Part shown: piece by piece, positions 12,591-24,493 of the stretch
Position numbering within the stretch: the stretch's first letter is position 1
Layout of the letters: each line of letters begins with the position of its first letter
Assembly (NCBI GenBank): GCA_002104905.1
Contig: MCFE01000079.1
Location: 1-64,000 of the forward strand
Length of the DNA: 64,000 nucleotides
DNA from: Basidiobolus meristosporus CBS 931.73
Taxonomy: Eukaryota; Fungi; Basidiobolomycota
Direction: 5' to 3'
Made by a program: the position numbers and the translations under genes
The notes under the pieces: model-generated
Told to the model about the DNA's origin: nothing
The model's database searches: none
The model's input: the letters and a program-made list of their open reading frames with translations, nothing else

Positions 12591-14136
12591 TCATTGCGGG
12601 GGACGATGCTGCATCAATTGATTTTGCTCAGCCATCTTACGGAACATTTCGATGGTGGCATTTTCCTTTGCTTGGTAAGCCATCAGTTTCTCTTGATTAA
12701 GCGCCGCTTTCTCTGCTCGGATTTGTTGCTGCCGTGCGTTGCGATTTTCGTGTCTTCGCTTTTCTGCCGCAAGCCTAAGGAATTCAGTTCAGCGATGCAT
12801 GAATAGCCTCACTTGTGCGCTCTCTCTCTTACCTGCTGTGGAAATCATCTCCGCCCATTAGCTCAGAATCTGGGAGCTCCACATCCGGGCTTCGCTCTCG
12901 CCGGTGGAATGCATTGTTGGCACGTCTCTTTTCCAACATAGCTTCTCTATAGTTGACGAGGATTATGAGAAAGCGGCAAAGCAGAGGGTCGAAAAGGAGA
13001 AATCAACCGTCCAGTCTCTTTAGGAACCAACTCTTCCAAGTCCGCATCTCGGCTTTTGCTGAAGTGTTTTTGATCTTTCTTTCGTAGAGCTCTCTCATAC
13101 CTGATTCTATCTTCCTCATCCATGTCTTCAAATTCCAAGATGGTAAGTGCATGCTTGGCTGATGAATCGATGCTTCGTCCTCACCTTCGTCATACGAATT
13201 TGAAGGCATACTTGGGCCTGATACAGTATGATCGTTTAGTCGCAGCTACTGGCTATGTGGAAGCTTCACACATTTACCTATCACGCGCTTTTCCCGTTTC
13301 ATCGAATCTTTCCCATTTTCCAAACCAGCGCGATGGGCAACCTCAGTGGGGAATTTCACATTAGTTGCCGTGTCGATAGAGTCACGGATAGTGTCCAGCT
13401 CGTATTGATCCTTCAAAAGGTTGATATTTCAGCTTGTTGTTCCGAACATAAAGCCCCTACACCACGTACCATTTTCTTGGCAAAGCTCCATTTGTATCTG
13501 GTCCCATTAGAGCTAGCCACCTGAGATGGCCTTATGCCATCGTAGTATTTCTCTAAAGCTCTCTTGTAAATAATCCAAACCGGGAGAGTCGAAATCACTA
13601 TACAAAGTTCACTACTGACTAGACAATTTCCCTTTGTTCCAATCTTTCACGAATTTCTTAAAGTATGTACGACTCTTGTCTGAAGACATCTCGTCGATGT
13701 ACTTTCCTTTTTCCTCTTTCAGCCAGATCTTAAATTCGGTGGCCTTCAAGAAATAATCATCCTCCGAAATGGCTAGCAAAAGCAAGTGATTTTTAGTTGT
13801 TGAACTGTAGAAAGCATCGAGAACTGGGAGCCAAAAGTTACAGTTTGCCGATAGTTTGGTTCTCTTCGAAGTGTCCTCTTCTTCCGAATCGAAGTCCTCT
13901 GAGCGACTCTTTTTCTTGTTTTTCTTACGCTTCTCTGAACTCTCATGCTTCTCCTCCCTTTCCTCATCGGAGTGTCTTTTACTATGTCTTTCACGGTGTT
14001 CGGAGTGATGCGATCTATGCTCACTGTGCTTACGCTCTTTTTCGTCATAGCGATGTGAGCCACTTCGTCGGCTAGAACGCTCCTCTTCACGGTAGCGATC
14101 TCTATCTGGATCACGTCGTTCGTTATTTTTATTCAT
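12591..14136 (-). CDS. Conserved nuclear Arg/Ser/Lys-rich protein with SCI1-like domain (about 7 exons)
   Basis: Manual splicing joins the RS-rich N-terminus, ISEDDYFLKATEFKIWLKEEK...FKKFVKDWNKGKL, KYYDGI, LEELVPKETGREAMLEKRRANNAFHRRERSPD and a C-terminal exon ending QHRPPQ*. Confidence 0.75.
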
Positions 14137-14356
14137 AACCACGGTGTATGTACTAGGTGCAATTCAGCACTTCCAGTAGATTTAAATCCCCATCCAGATC
14201 CAATTGAGGAATTCATGCATATCTACAAAGCGGGCAATGACTTATGCCATTCGCCCAGTCACCACGTATGTGGATTTTTCAGGATGTATTGAAGGGTTTA
14301 TTCAACATTCTATCACGAAGGTAATAAAAACGAAGCTACAGCAAAGTTGCAGGTGC

Positions 14357-14848
14357 TCACCAGAATTTGAGCAGGTGATACCAACTGCAGCCGTGCTTTC
14401 CCTCCTTCCATTCTTGTAAGCAATGGTCGCGGTTTTTGCTGATGGCTGAACGGCCCCAAGTGGTAACGATTTGCTTGGTAGTGGTATTAACAATGATCAA
14501 GCTAGGGATGGTGTACACCTTGAGTTGAGTGCCCAGGGCTTTTTTCACTTTTTCATCTTCAAAGGGAACACTGAGCCAGTTTTTGCCTTGGATGAAGTCC
14601 ATCATGTCCTCCTTGGTTTTATCCAGATTCACATGGACAACCACAAATTCCTCTTTATTGTCTTCTGCGAATTGAGTCAGAACTGGGGAGAAAGCTTTGC
14701 AGGGCGGACACCAGCTGGCTGAGAAATAAAGTCCAACTAGTTTCCCCTGAAGAACTTTAGGAGAAACCTCTTTCTGTTCTCCATCAACAAGGCGTTCGAT
14801 CTGATCAAGCAGTTGTCCTATATCGGTTTGTGTGGTTGAGGTCTCCAT
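14357..14848 (-). CDS. Nucleoredoxin/tryparedoxin-like thioredoxin (163 aa, intronless)
   Basis: LVGLYFSASWCPPCKAF active site, NWLSVPF and IPSLII, typical of the TryX/NRX subfamily. Confidence 0.88.
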   Translation of the reverse strand: METSTTQTDIGQLLDQIERLVDGEQKEVSPKVLQGKLVGLYFSASWCPPCKAFSPVLTQFAEDNKEEFVVVHVNLDKTKEDMMDFIQGKNWLSVPFEDEKVKKALGTQLKVYTIPSLIIVNTTTKQIVTTWGRSAISKNRDHCLQEWKEGKHGCSWYHLLKFW

Positions 14849-15138
14849 GTTTGAGTTAAGAATGTGCTCGCTCGTTGGTGTCCAAAGATCTATCTACCGC
14901 CAAAGCAGATTTTTACACATTGTTGCGTAGATTCTAGCTTAGAAGTCGTTTAGCTTCGACCCAGCATCAACTCAAATTGGACTACAGAAAATGCAGTGGA
15001 TGTGGAGAATCACGTGATACCCCGCCAAGTTTCCCCAACAATTATTCATGAAGGAAAACCCCATTTTCCTAGCATAGTTAAATTTTCTCTAATCAAGTGC
15101 ATACACTCACTCTGTCGTTGTTAGAGAGATTCGGCATC

Positions 15139-16743
15139 ATGGCTTCTCGCATGCTTTTTTCCAACTCTTTGAAATCAAAGCTTTCTACCGGCTTTCGTAG
15201 CCAGGCAAGTTATTTATATGTATACATATTTGTTTTTAGAAAACGTCACCGCCATTCCTACTCTCCTGTTCTCGGATTCTTCCCAAGAATATTGACACTA
15301 ATATCAATTTCGTATACAGGCTCTTCGCCCCTCCTCTGCTTTAGCTCAAAAGTTCTCCTCTGTAGCTAGCGCTACCGAGACTCGCACCACCACCCTTCCC
15401 AACGGTTTCAGTGTTGCTACCGAGACTAACCCTCAAGCTGAAACTGCCACTGTTGGTGTTTGGATCGATTCCGGCAGTCGTTATGAAGGCTCCAACCGCG
15501 GTGCCGCTTATTTCTTGGAGCAAATGTTGTTCAAGGTATGAATCAAGTACATTGGAGAACCCTGGAGCTTCTGGTATTAACCAAACTTCTGGACTGATAG
15601 GGTACCGAATCTCGTTCCCAAGGTGAATTAGAGAAGACTATCGAGAAAATTGGTGGCCATGTTGATGCTCATACCGGTCGCGAACAATCCGCATTTTACG
15701 CTCAAACCACCAAGGGTGGCGTTGCGCTCGCCGTCGATGTTCTTGGAGATATGTTGCAAAATTCTACTCTCGAAGAAGGAGCTATTGAGCGTCAACGTGA
15801 ATCAGTCATTAGAGCACAGCAACAAGCTGATGCCAACATGACTGAGGTTGTCTTCAACAACTTGCACGCCACCGCCTTCCAAAACCATCCTTTGGGACAA
15901 ACTGTTATGGGTTTGAGCCAAGACGCTTCTTCAATGAGCCGTGAAAAGCTTGCCAACTATCATGCTGAGAACTTCAAAGCTGACCGCATGACCCTTGTCG
16001 GAGCTGGTGCCGTCAATCACGAGGAGCTTGTTGAGCTTGCTCACAAGCATTTCTCCGCTCTCGCCAGCGCTGGCCCACGCGCACCTGAGGATTTCAAGCC
16101 ATCATTCACTGGATCTGAAATCAGATATCGTGATGATCTTGCCCCTGCTGCCCATATTGCTCTCGCTGTTGAAGGTGTTGGCTACGACTCCGAGGATTAC
16201 TACACCATTCGTGTCTTGGAGCACTTGTTCGGCGCCTGGGACCGTTCTTTGGGATCAGCTGCCTACTTGTCTTCGCGTTTCTCCCACATTGTCAACACCA
16301 ACCACTTGGCCAACTCTTTCACTCCATTCAACCTTTCATACTCCGACACCGGTCTCTTCGGTATTTATGCTGTAACCCAGAACCGTGACCATATCGACGA
16401 TTTGGTCTATTTTGCTCAAAAGGAGTTGAATCGCTATAGTACTACCGTTTCAGAAGGCGAGGTTGAGCGTGCTAAGCAACAACTCAAGGCCGCGCTCCTT
16501 CTCAACCTTGACTCTACCACTTCCATCGCCAACGATATCGGTACTCAAATCGCAATCAAGGGCCAACGTGATGAGCCCAAGGCCATTGAGCGTTTGATCA
16601 ACCAAATCACCTTGAAGGATGTCAAGAGAGTTGCTGATGAACGTCTCTGGGACAAGGAGATTGCAGTTGTTGGTCTTGGTCCCATCGAAGCCTTGCCCGA
16701 TTTCAACCGTGTCAGAGGATTCATGAGCTCCAACAGATTCTAA
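15139..16743 (+). CDS. QCR1: M16 family mitochondrial protein: complex III core protein 1 / MPP-beta paralog lacking zinc ligands
   Basis: Presequence-like N-terminus, TTLPNGFSVATE, ATVGVWIDSGSRYE, FHAEN-like and YSDTGLFGIY motifs, WDKEIAVVGLGPIEALPD. HFLEH is replaced by YFLEQ at 15509-15523. Confidence 0.85.
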
Positions 16744-17213
16744 GTAACCATCACCCTCATGTTACAAAATCATCTCATTCTCTATAATATACAGCTTAGC
16801 CTTTCTTTTTCCTTTCTGTTTTCCCATAACATATCGAAACACTGGAGTCTATAAACCATCCTCTTCCTCGTAACAGATTAAAAGAATTACCAACCGATCT
16901 TCCAGACCATCCTAGATTCATCTCCCTCTGGACCGAACAGTCGTGTAACTGCATGGTTCCAGTTGAACACGAACCGTAGCTGTCTAGACAGCCGTGACGG
17001 CCATATGTTTGTGAAATGATCCTAGACTATCATCGACTCTTGATGATTATCAAGCGCCTGAAAACCCTCGTGGTCGATAGTCAGTGCTGGTTTCGTGGTG
17101 GTACGACCTACCAAATCTCTGCTGTTACCAAGGGGGTTTCCATGCCGCAAGGCCTAGACATCATTTATTTACAAGAAAGAACAACGGCTATTTAGTGGAA
17201 TATTAGTGTTCAA

Positions 17214-18115
17214 TTAAATTACTCGGGAGAAGTTTTTGTCCCCGACGTGGCATTCGCCGAAGCAGATTTTGGTGTCAAGCTCGGTCGCTGACTCTACAAT
17301 CCCGAGGGAGTTTTTTCGATGGGATTTCCTGCGTCTATACGCTATTGTCATCATGACTGTCATCAGTCTGGACTTGATCACCCCTGGGGGAAGAAAGAAC
17401 CGTTAGTCGCAAGAAAGCTTCCACGAGGCTGCGGGATATACGTACAATTCAGGGTCAGAGCGATCCCCGTGTCCAGTAGCTTGATGGACTCCAGGACGAC
17501 GAAGAGTATGTCGAAAAGGCAGATGAACAAACCAAACAGTACGCTGTCCCGAATCATGATTCTGTACGCCTGGGTGTGATCTAGATCAGGCAGCCGGTAC
17601 AGGTTCATGATGAACATGCCTATCAGGAAGAGCGTAAGGATCGAGGTGGAAACGGCCATCCCAATGCTCCACCCGCTGGGGAAATGGATTTGGCAGCCAC
17701 CGTTGGGGGAGAGGATGAACTCTCCCTCGCGCAGATTCTGCACAAGACAGGCGGTCTGCACGGCCAGTATGATGATGCATACGCAGGCGATGAATCTGCT
17801 TCTTCTAGAAGAGTAGTAGGCCTCGATGTAGAGAACGGTGTTGATAGTCAGTAGCGACAGATAGTGTATCACATAGGTGATGATGCTGAGGGTGGTGCAA
17901 TTCGTTTTCTGGCCAAAGAAGGACGGGATGTTGGCTAGGACATTGATCAACAGCAACGCTGTCTGCACAAGGTTAAGTTTGTAGATGACAGGGTCGTCGC
18001 GGACCACCATCCTAATGGATCGGTAAGCATCTCTCCATGCAACTGGCAAGGAAACAGCGATTACAAAGAACCGAAGCTGGTCTTCAAAGTCAATAGACTG
18101 AGCAGGAGAGGACAT
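17214..18115 (-). CDS. Seven-transmembrane receptor-like (GPCR-like) membrane protein, 2 exons
   Basis: About 7 hydrophobic segments, Cys at the top of TM3 (TNCTT) and in ECL2 (GGCQI). One intron (~17377-17436) gives TLNWVIKSRLMTVMM as TM7 and a basic C-tail. Confidence 0.7.
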
Positions 18116-18951
18116 GGGTCTGTGCTGCTCAGGACAATAGCTAACCAAACGAGCAACTGAAGCCAATTTATAAGAGGAGGGATTCTCACGTTGCTTCAAG
18201 CTATCTCCGTTGGTACAACCATTCCGAGTTCTAGCCAGCATTAGATATGAAAGGGATTTGGGTTTCACATGGCTCGTTTTGAACGCAAAGGATATGACAA
18301 TATTGGCAGCCTTCAGACTAATCACCGTGGCATTTGATCATCCACAACCTATTGCAACATACGTTGGTGATGCGCCCAAACCCAAATCTCGCTCTGGCAA
18401 ACTGGTTGTGCGCTGGAATTGGCATCTCGCTAGAGATGGTCCGCCATAGCTGATAGATCTATATTTATCAGTCGCTCCGACGACTTACTCCAACCGAGGC
18501 TCTTCACTCATTTCTTTTGCAGCGCCTCGACCCCGTTGTGTGATCAGCCAGAAAAAACGAGCAAGTTCCTCGCTTTCCCGGTAAGATACACGACTCTGAA
18601 ACAACTTCCATTCGCCTATGACCTCATATCCGTCCGTTACACCCAAGTCAATGTATCCTACATCCATCAATGATCTGGTATAGATTCTCCCGGAATAATC
18701 ACCGTCCAATTAAGTTGAATAGATCAATGGACGGTTGATGTGGTTTCGAGAAAAGATACAACAGACATTAGCGAAGTCATGGTTCCCGAGCTGTGGACAA
18801 ACGCTATCTGACTCTCACCAACTCTCTGGTGAACATATTCTTACGTGTTTTACTTTTCGAGGGTTGACCTTCCCAACTTTTTTTTGTTAAAAATCTTCAT
18901 CTGGCGAGTAACAGCCTCCTACGTTCCCTTGTTTTACAAAGAAGCGAGTCC

Positions 18952-21900
18952 ATGTACAACACCGGGAGTAATTACGGGAGTGGCCCGTCGATGGGCGCCA
19001 TGAACCAACTTCAAATCACCTCCGGGTCAAGCGGTTCTATGCTTCGTAAATATCGAGCTCTACTTCGCCTTGATTGACCTCGCTTTTCTAACCCCCTACC
19101 TAGAGAAATTGTCCTTCTTGAGCCCCGGCGAGCAGCAGAAATTCGAACAGTTGTACAAGCAGAGTGTCCCAGATCCAAGCCAACAGCTAACAGGTTCCAT
19201 TTACCAACTACCTGCTCCGACCCCGACTATGCCATTAACCAAATTGTTCGTTTGCAGGCGAGGCCGCCAGAGATATTTTCCTACGTTCAAAACTCGATCC
19301 GGAGATTCTAGCCCAGATTTGGTAACGCCAGATGTTCCCAAAGTACCAGAAACAAGTGACTAACCGTGTGCGCTTTACCCATGGCATAACTAGGTCATTG
19401 GCAGATGTCAATGTCAGTGGGACCTTGACTTTCGCCGAGTTCGCCTTAGCCATGTATCTGATCAATATGAAGTTGACTGGTCAGAATGTTCCTACCCAAC
19501 TGCCAAACAACTTGCGCCAAGAAATCATCTCCGCAATGCAGGCCTCTAGTACAGGTGCTCCGAGTACGGCTTATCCGGGTTACTCGCCTAGCGGGCCTAC
19601 TATCCCCGGCGTAACGACCCCCTTAGGCGGGCCAATGTCTGGAATGAGCACCAGCTCTCCGCAATACAATGGACAGAGCCAATCCAAGCCCAGCAACCCC
19701 ACCCGATCCCAGTGGGCTGTTACCGTGGAGGAAAAAGCCAAATTCGATGAGATCTTCAAATCACTTGACAACGCACATTCCGGCTTCCTTTCCGGAGAGA
19801 AAGCCAGACAAGTGTTTACGGAGTCCGGATTGAACAAGTCCGATCTCGCCAAGATCTGGGGTCTGGCGGATATCCATAATCAAGGAAAGCTCAACTCTGA
19901 CGAGTTTGCCGTAGCCATGCATCTGATTTACGCCAAAATCGGCGGCAAGGAGATCCCGAAATCGCTTCCCATGAACCTGGTGCCTCCCTCCACCAAGGAC
20001 CTCTCGGACAGCGTGTCGAGCCTGAAGCAGATGCTGAAAACCAACAAGAGCAACTCGTTGCTTTCCAGCCCCATCCCCGGAATTCCAAAGATGGACTTCG
20101 ATCTGGATTCAGCTGATCTTAACGCAGCAAGGAAAGCTGTCTTACAGGATGAAGACATCGGGTATGTTTCCAGCAATCGTCGAAAGGTTGGTTCGTCACC
20201 CAAGCCTGCATCGCCGAAGATCAGCTACAGCGAACGCTTAGCCAAATTTGACGTAATCCGCAAGCAGATCAAGGAAAAGAAGTTGGAGCTTGAGAAGCTT
20301 TCTTCCAAAACAATGGATTCTGATGCCACAGTCCCAGGCAACGAAGCGGAGCTGGCGGCCCTCAAGAAGAAGATCCTCGATCTGCAACGGTCCATCAACG
20401 AAGCCCCAGCTTCCAACACTCTTGCCAATGGGAGATCCGAATACGACCCGGTAGGATCTGGCCAGGAACGAAAACAGCTGGAAGCGGAGTTCAACGAACT
20501 TACTTCCGAACTTCCGAATCTGACGAAGAAGGTCCAGAGCTTGGACGAGAAAATAGCGGAGCTGCAGTTGGAGCTGTTCAAGATCACCGATGCTAAATTG
20601 CACAAAACCGCGCCCTCCAAAACCAACCTGGCCAATCTTTTCCCTTTCAAGGCCAGCGGTTCCGGCGACAGCCTCTCCGAAGCGGACAGATTGAAGCAGA
20701 AGGCCGCCGAAATGCTAGCCCAGAGAATGCAGGCCTTGACCAAGCCCAACACCTCCGCGAACGATCCCTCCGTTGCCGAGGCCAAAAAACGCCTGGACGC
20801 CGCCACCGATAAGATCAACCAGGAGAAGCGAGGAAACGAGCAATACATCAGAGAAATCGAAGCCTCCTTGAGACAGTCACAAAACGAGATTCGCGACATC
20901 ATCCAGCGCACCACCCAGTCGGGAGGACCCACTTCCGCCACCAGTCTTTCCCGGGAAGACTACGAGAGAGAAAAGAGGAAATGGGATTCCCGTTTCGGTC
21001 TGGAGTCGGAAACCAAGCAATTCCTCGATGAGCTGAAGAAAATCGAATCTAAGCCTACTTCTCCGGCTCAATCCTATTCCTCATCGTATTCACGACCCTC
21101 CTTTATCTCCTCTACTGGGGCCGATACTTCTTCCAAGGCGTCTCCCACCCTCTCAAAGCCTAGTCCATTGGCCTCCGCGAAATCCAAGGAGGAGAAAGAT
21201 CGAATCATCAAAGAAGAGGCTGAGCGTCGATTGAAGGAGAGACAAGCTTTCTTCCAAGCACAGCTTCAGAAAACCAAAGAGCAGAAACAGTTGAGCCAAG
21301 CTGAAAAGTCGAGCGATTACTCTGCTTTTGGGAAATCCACAACGCCAGAGCAGAAAGATGGCTGGAAATCCTCTACTGCTTCCGAATCGACGAATGTGAG
21401 AAAACCATCCGACTCTCCTCAAGCGCCAACCAGTCTTTCTTCCAGCGCTGTCCTGTCATCTCCACCTTCAGTCAGCCAATCTGAGGAAGGTTTGCTTGGG
21501 GGCTACAAGACGTTATGGCTGAATAAGCCTTCTTCCACAAAGAGCGAGGAGCCCACCCCCCAATCATCCGTTCCCTCCTTCATCTCCAAGTCTAAGAACC
21601 CATTCCCACTCCACAGATCACCAAATCTACCTCTCCCACGGTCCCAGAACCATCAAACGAGAGCAGTAGCGAGGATGAGGATGACGCAGAACAAGAAAGA
21701 GCTTTCAGAGAGCGTATTGAAAAGGCCAAGCGCGAAGAGAGAGAAAGACAAGAGGCCCACCAGCGCGAGCAGGAGGCCATCCGCGAAGCCACAAAAGCAG
21801 CCCGAGAGAAAGCCAAAGATCTGGAGCTTAGCTCCCTCGCCGAATCCAACTCATCGGCTTTCATCAGCCATTCCAACAACGTGTTTTCCGGACTCTCTTT

Positions 21901-22612
21901 TGGCGATCGCTCCACAGAACCCTCACACAGTCCCAAGGACGATGAATGGGACGTCGTCGAAAAGGTGAAGTATTTTCCGTCTGGTTTCTTCATCTCTGCA
22001 TGCACTATACAAGCTCGTCTAACCCACCGATTCTCTGCACCACAGCCCACCAACTCCGCCACCTCCTCCTCCAAGTTCGACGAGATCTTCGGGGTGCCTA
22101 CCGAGGTAGCTCCACACGATTTCCACTCGACAACCTTCGACGACGCATTCAACATTTCACCCAACCTACCTACTCATCAAGAACCATCCAGTCAGTCGAG
22201 GAAACCTGCCGCAGTGTCGGAGGATTCGACGGTGCTGTTCCGGGCAAGAACGCTCTACGATTATCAATCCGACAACGCCGACGACCTGGGTTTCCGCGAA
22301 AACGACTATATCCAGGTGTCTCAAGTCAACGATGACGACAACGATTGGTGGTACGGGGAGCTAGAAAGCAGCGGCGCCAAAGGCTGGTTCCCCAAGAGCT
22401 ATGTTGAGCGGGAGGGCTCAGCTCCTGGTCAAGCAAGCTTCCGTGCCAGGGTTTTATACGACTACTCTGCCCAGCAGGGGGATGAGATGTCCCTCCATGC
22501 TGACGCGGTGATAGAGATTTTGGAGAAAATAGACGAGAACTGGTGGAGAGCCCAAGTCGAGGGGCGTGTCGGCCTAGTCCCAGCAATATACTGTGAGGAA
22601 TTGACCCAGTAA
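18952..22612 (+). CDS. PAN1: Pan1/intersectin-like endocytic scaffold: EH domains, coiled coil, NPF motif, two C-terminal SH3 domains
   Basis: EH motifs (TFAEFALAMYLI; LSGEKARQVFTESGL..LAKIWGLAD..DEFAVAMHLI), DEDIGYVSSNRR, SH3 motifs (ARTLYDY..WWYGE..GWFPKSYV; ARVLYDY..WWRA..GLVPAIY). Frame change near 21490-21610. Confidence 0.88.
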
Positions 22613-22717
22613 GGTTATTGTATTGTTCTGTGATGCCAGCAAATATATATAACAGGGAAAGTACACGACTGAATAAAGCAGATCAACTTGGTATTTAAAG
22701 AATGGGTATCAGTGAGT

Positions 22718-23278
22718 TCACCACCTGAGGGCGTAATGGTAAGGATTGACGACTCTGTGCGGGAGGTATGGGGTTGGTTTGTTGGGTTGGGAGTGGGAAT
22801 GGGAATAGGAATAGGCGGTGGAAAACGAAGTGGAGAAACTGGAGGTCCAATGGGCCTCGGCTGAGGTGCGGGTTGGTTGGTTCTGCGTGGGCGAGGAGAG
22901 TACGTGGGCTCTGGCGGTGGCAGTAGGCTTGTTGGTGCTACTATGGACCGAGGTTGCAGGCCTTGAAGGGGTTGATTGGGTGTCTGAAGCATTGGCAGAG
23001 AGATTCATATGAGGTGGACCATCGTGATCGGCGCTGGCTTTCAATCTGGTTTCCTCAACCTCGTTTATCTTAACCGGATCACTTTCCTGGATGTTGTAGA
23101 TCTGGAATGGCTGCCGTGTGATCGACTCATGCCCATCGTCGTTTGGCTCTTGCTGGATGTATCGAATCTTGAACGCGGTCAACGCGGGGTAGCTACGTGA
23201 CAAGGGGCCTTTGATAGGAATCATGATGGACCCATGGGCAGACGCCACGAGCCACACAACCGCCAAAAGGTGTCTCAT
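22718..23278 (-). CDS. Putative secreted Ser/Thr/Pro-rich protein (186 aa)
   Basis: MRHLLAVVWLVASAHGS signal-peptide-like start, low-complexity S/T/P C-terminal half, AT-rich TATA-like box at ~23313-23322. Confidence 0.6.
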   Translation of the reverse strand: MRHLLAVVWLVASAHGSIMIPIKGPLSRSYPALTAFKIRYIQQEPNDDGHESITRQPFQIYNIQESDPVKINEVEETRLKASADHDGPPHMNLSANASDTQSTPSRPATSVHSSTNKPTATARAHVLSSPTQNQPTRTSAEAHWTSSFSTSFSTAYSYSHSHSQPNKPTPYLPHRVVNPYHYALRW

Positions 23279-23733
23279 ATCGAATAATTGACGGGGAGCT
23301 ACCGGGCACCGGGTTTAAATAAATGGGTGGCCGAGATACATTAATATCCATCACCGCGGGAGGTCACAATCGATTTCTGGACAATGCTGGAATTCTCCTA
23401 ATCTGCAGTGGATTCGCCAGACATTCCCATCATTTCACCGGGCAGGGCTGCGTGGTTGGAAAATTCCCATTTGAGGGAATATTGCATCGATTGTCTCGCA
23501 AACATCGTAGATGCCACTCACATTGTAGCCTTCTAGATACCTTGACGTTGGTTTTATTCTACCACAAGCGATTCGGAGGAAAAGGTTTTACGTATACATA
23601 CATGAGGGGAAGTGAATTAGGGGAATGGTCGGGGAATGGTGGGGGACCTCTTTGGAATGAATGCAAATTCTAGTAATATCTCGCAATATATTACAAGCAG
23701 ATGGATATATGGGTGTCTGATTACAATGACGGT

Positions 23734-24423
23734 TCAAAAGTGCAGCGACGGTAGTGGCCTTGAGGAGAAGTTGGGCATGGGCAGGACTCTCTTCTCGGGC
23801 GAGAGCTCTAGTATATCACTAAGGCGCATGCACTTGACCGGACTCTGGGACCGGGCACTTTCGCCACGGTTGTGTGCTGATTGGATGGGCTCCTCCTCCG
23901 AATCGGAGCTTGTTGAAGCCGAGTAGATGGACCATACTGGGCTTGGAGGGCTAATGGGCGGAAGGTTGAACTTGCCTGGGGAGAAGGGGCCATGCTGCTG
24001 GCCAGGATAGGGAAGATGGGCGATTTGGGGGAAACCGGCGCTGATGTGGACCTGAGGGCTGAACAGGAATCCATTAGGTGGCAGCGGGGATTCGTGGCGT
24101 TCTGGGGAAGCCTCTGACCGATAATGCTGGCCGGATCCATCCCCAACTAGTCTAATTCTTTTATTGTGAATACGTGCATGGCGAGTTAGCTCGTCGGATC
24201 TTGAGAACCGCTTCCCACACCCGTCGAACGTACAGGAGTAAGGCTTCTCCCCTGTGTGGGTTCGGATGTGTCTGGTCAAATGCTCGAGACGCCTAAATGC
24301 CTTCTGGCAGATGTTGCACACATGGGGTCGAGTGGCTGTGGATTTGGTCATGTCTTGTGGAGAATCAATGACGTCGTTGCCAGGGAATGAGGAGACGTAA
24401 AAATAGACGTTATTTGCGGCCAT
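23734..24423 (-). CDS. creA: C2H2 zinc-finger carbon catabolite repressor CreA/Mig1-like (229 aa, intronless)
   Basis: [55 protein letters not shown]; C-terminal LPPISPPSP and RLSDIL. Confidence 0.88.
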   Translation of the reverse strand: MAANNVYFYVSSFPGNDVIDSPQDMTKSTATRPHVCNICQKAFRRLEHLTRHIRTHTGEKPYSCTFDGCGKRFSRSDELTRHARIHNKRIRLVGDGSGQHYRSEASPERHESPLPPNGFLFSPQVHISAGFPQIAHLPYPGQQHGPFSPGKFNLPPISPPSPVWSIYSASTSSDSEEEPIQSAHNRGESARSQSPVKCMRLSDILELSPEKRVLPMPNFSSRPLPSLHF

Positions 24424-24485
24424 TTCGAAAGAATTGGGAGGGAGAGAGACTGTCTAAAGCTGAATGATACGGAGCCGCGAGCGCA

Positions 24486-24493
24486 TATTTATA
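24486..24493 (-). promoter_or_regulatory. Candidate TATA box of creA
   Basis: TATAAATA on the minus strand, ~65 nt upstream of the ATG at 24423. Confidence 0.5.

Noticed and set aside
15205-15319. GC-AG intron (AG|GCAAGT) in the Core 1 gene
   Set aside because: Plausible, but an in-frame GT donor at 15220 works equally well, and GC-AG introns are ordinary.
16860-17160. GC-balanced intergenic stretch with TGATGA/CTGA, a possible snoRNA or other ncRNA
   Set aside because: Box spacing is too short or inconsistent, there is no terminal stem, and it does not match any ncRNA I recognise.
19580-22992. Minus-strand ORFs over PAN1 and the Pro-rich ORF 22615-22992
   Set aside because: Antisense or alternate-frame shadows of low-complexity coding regions.
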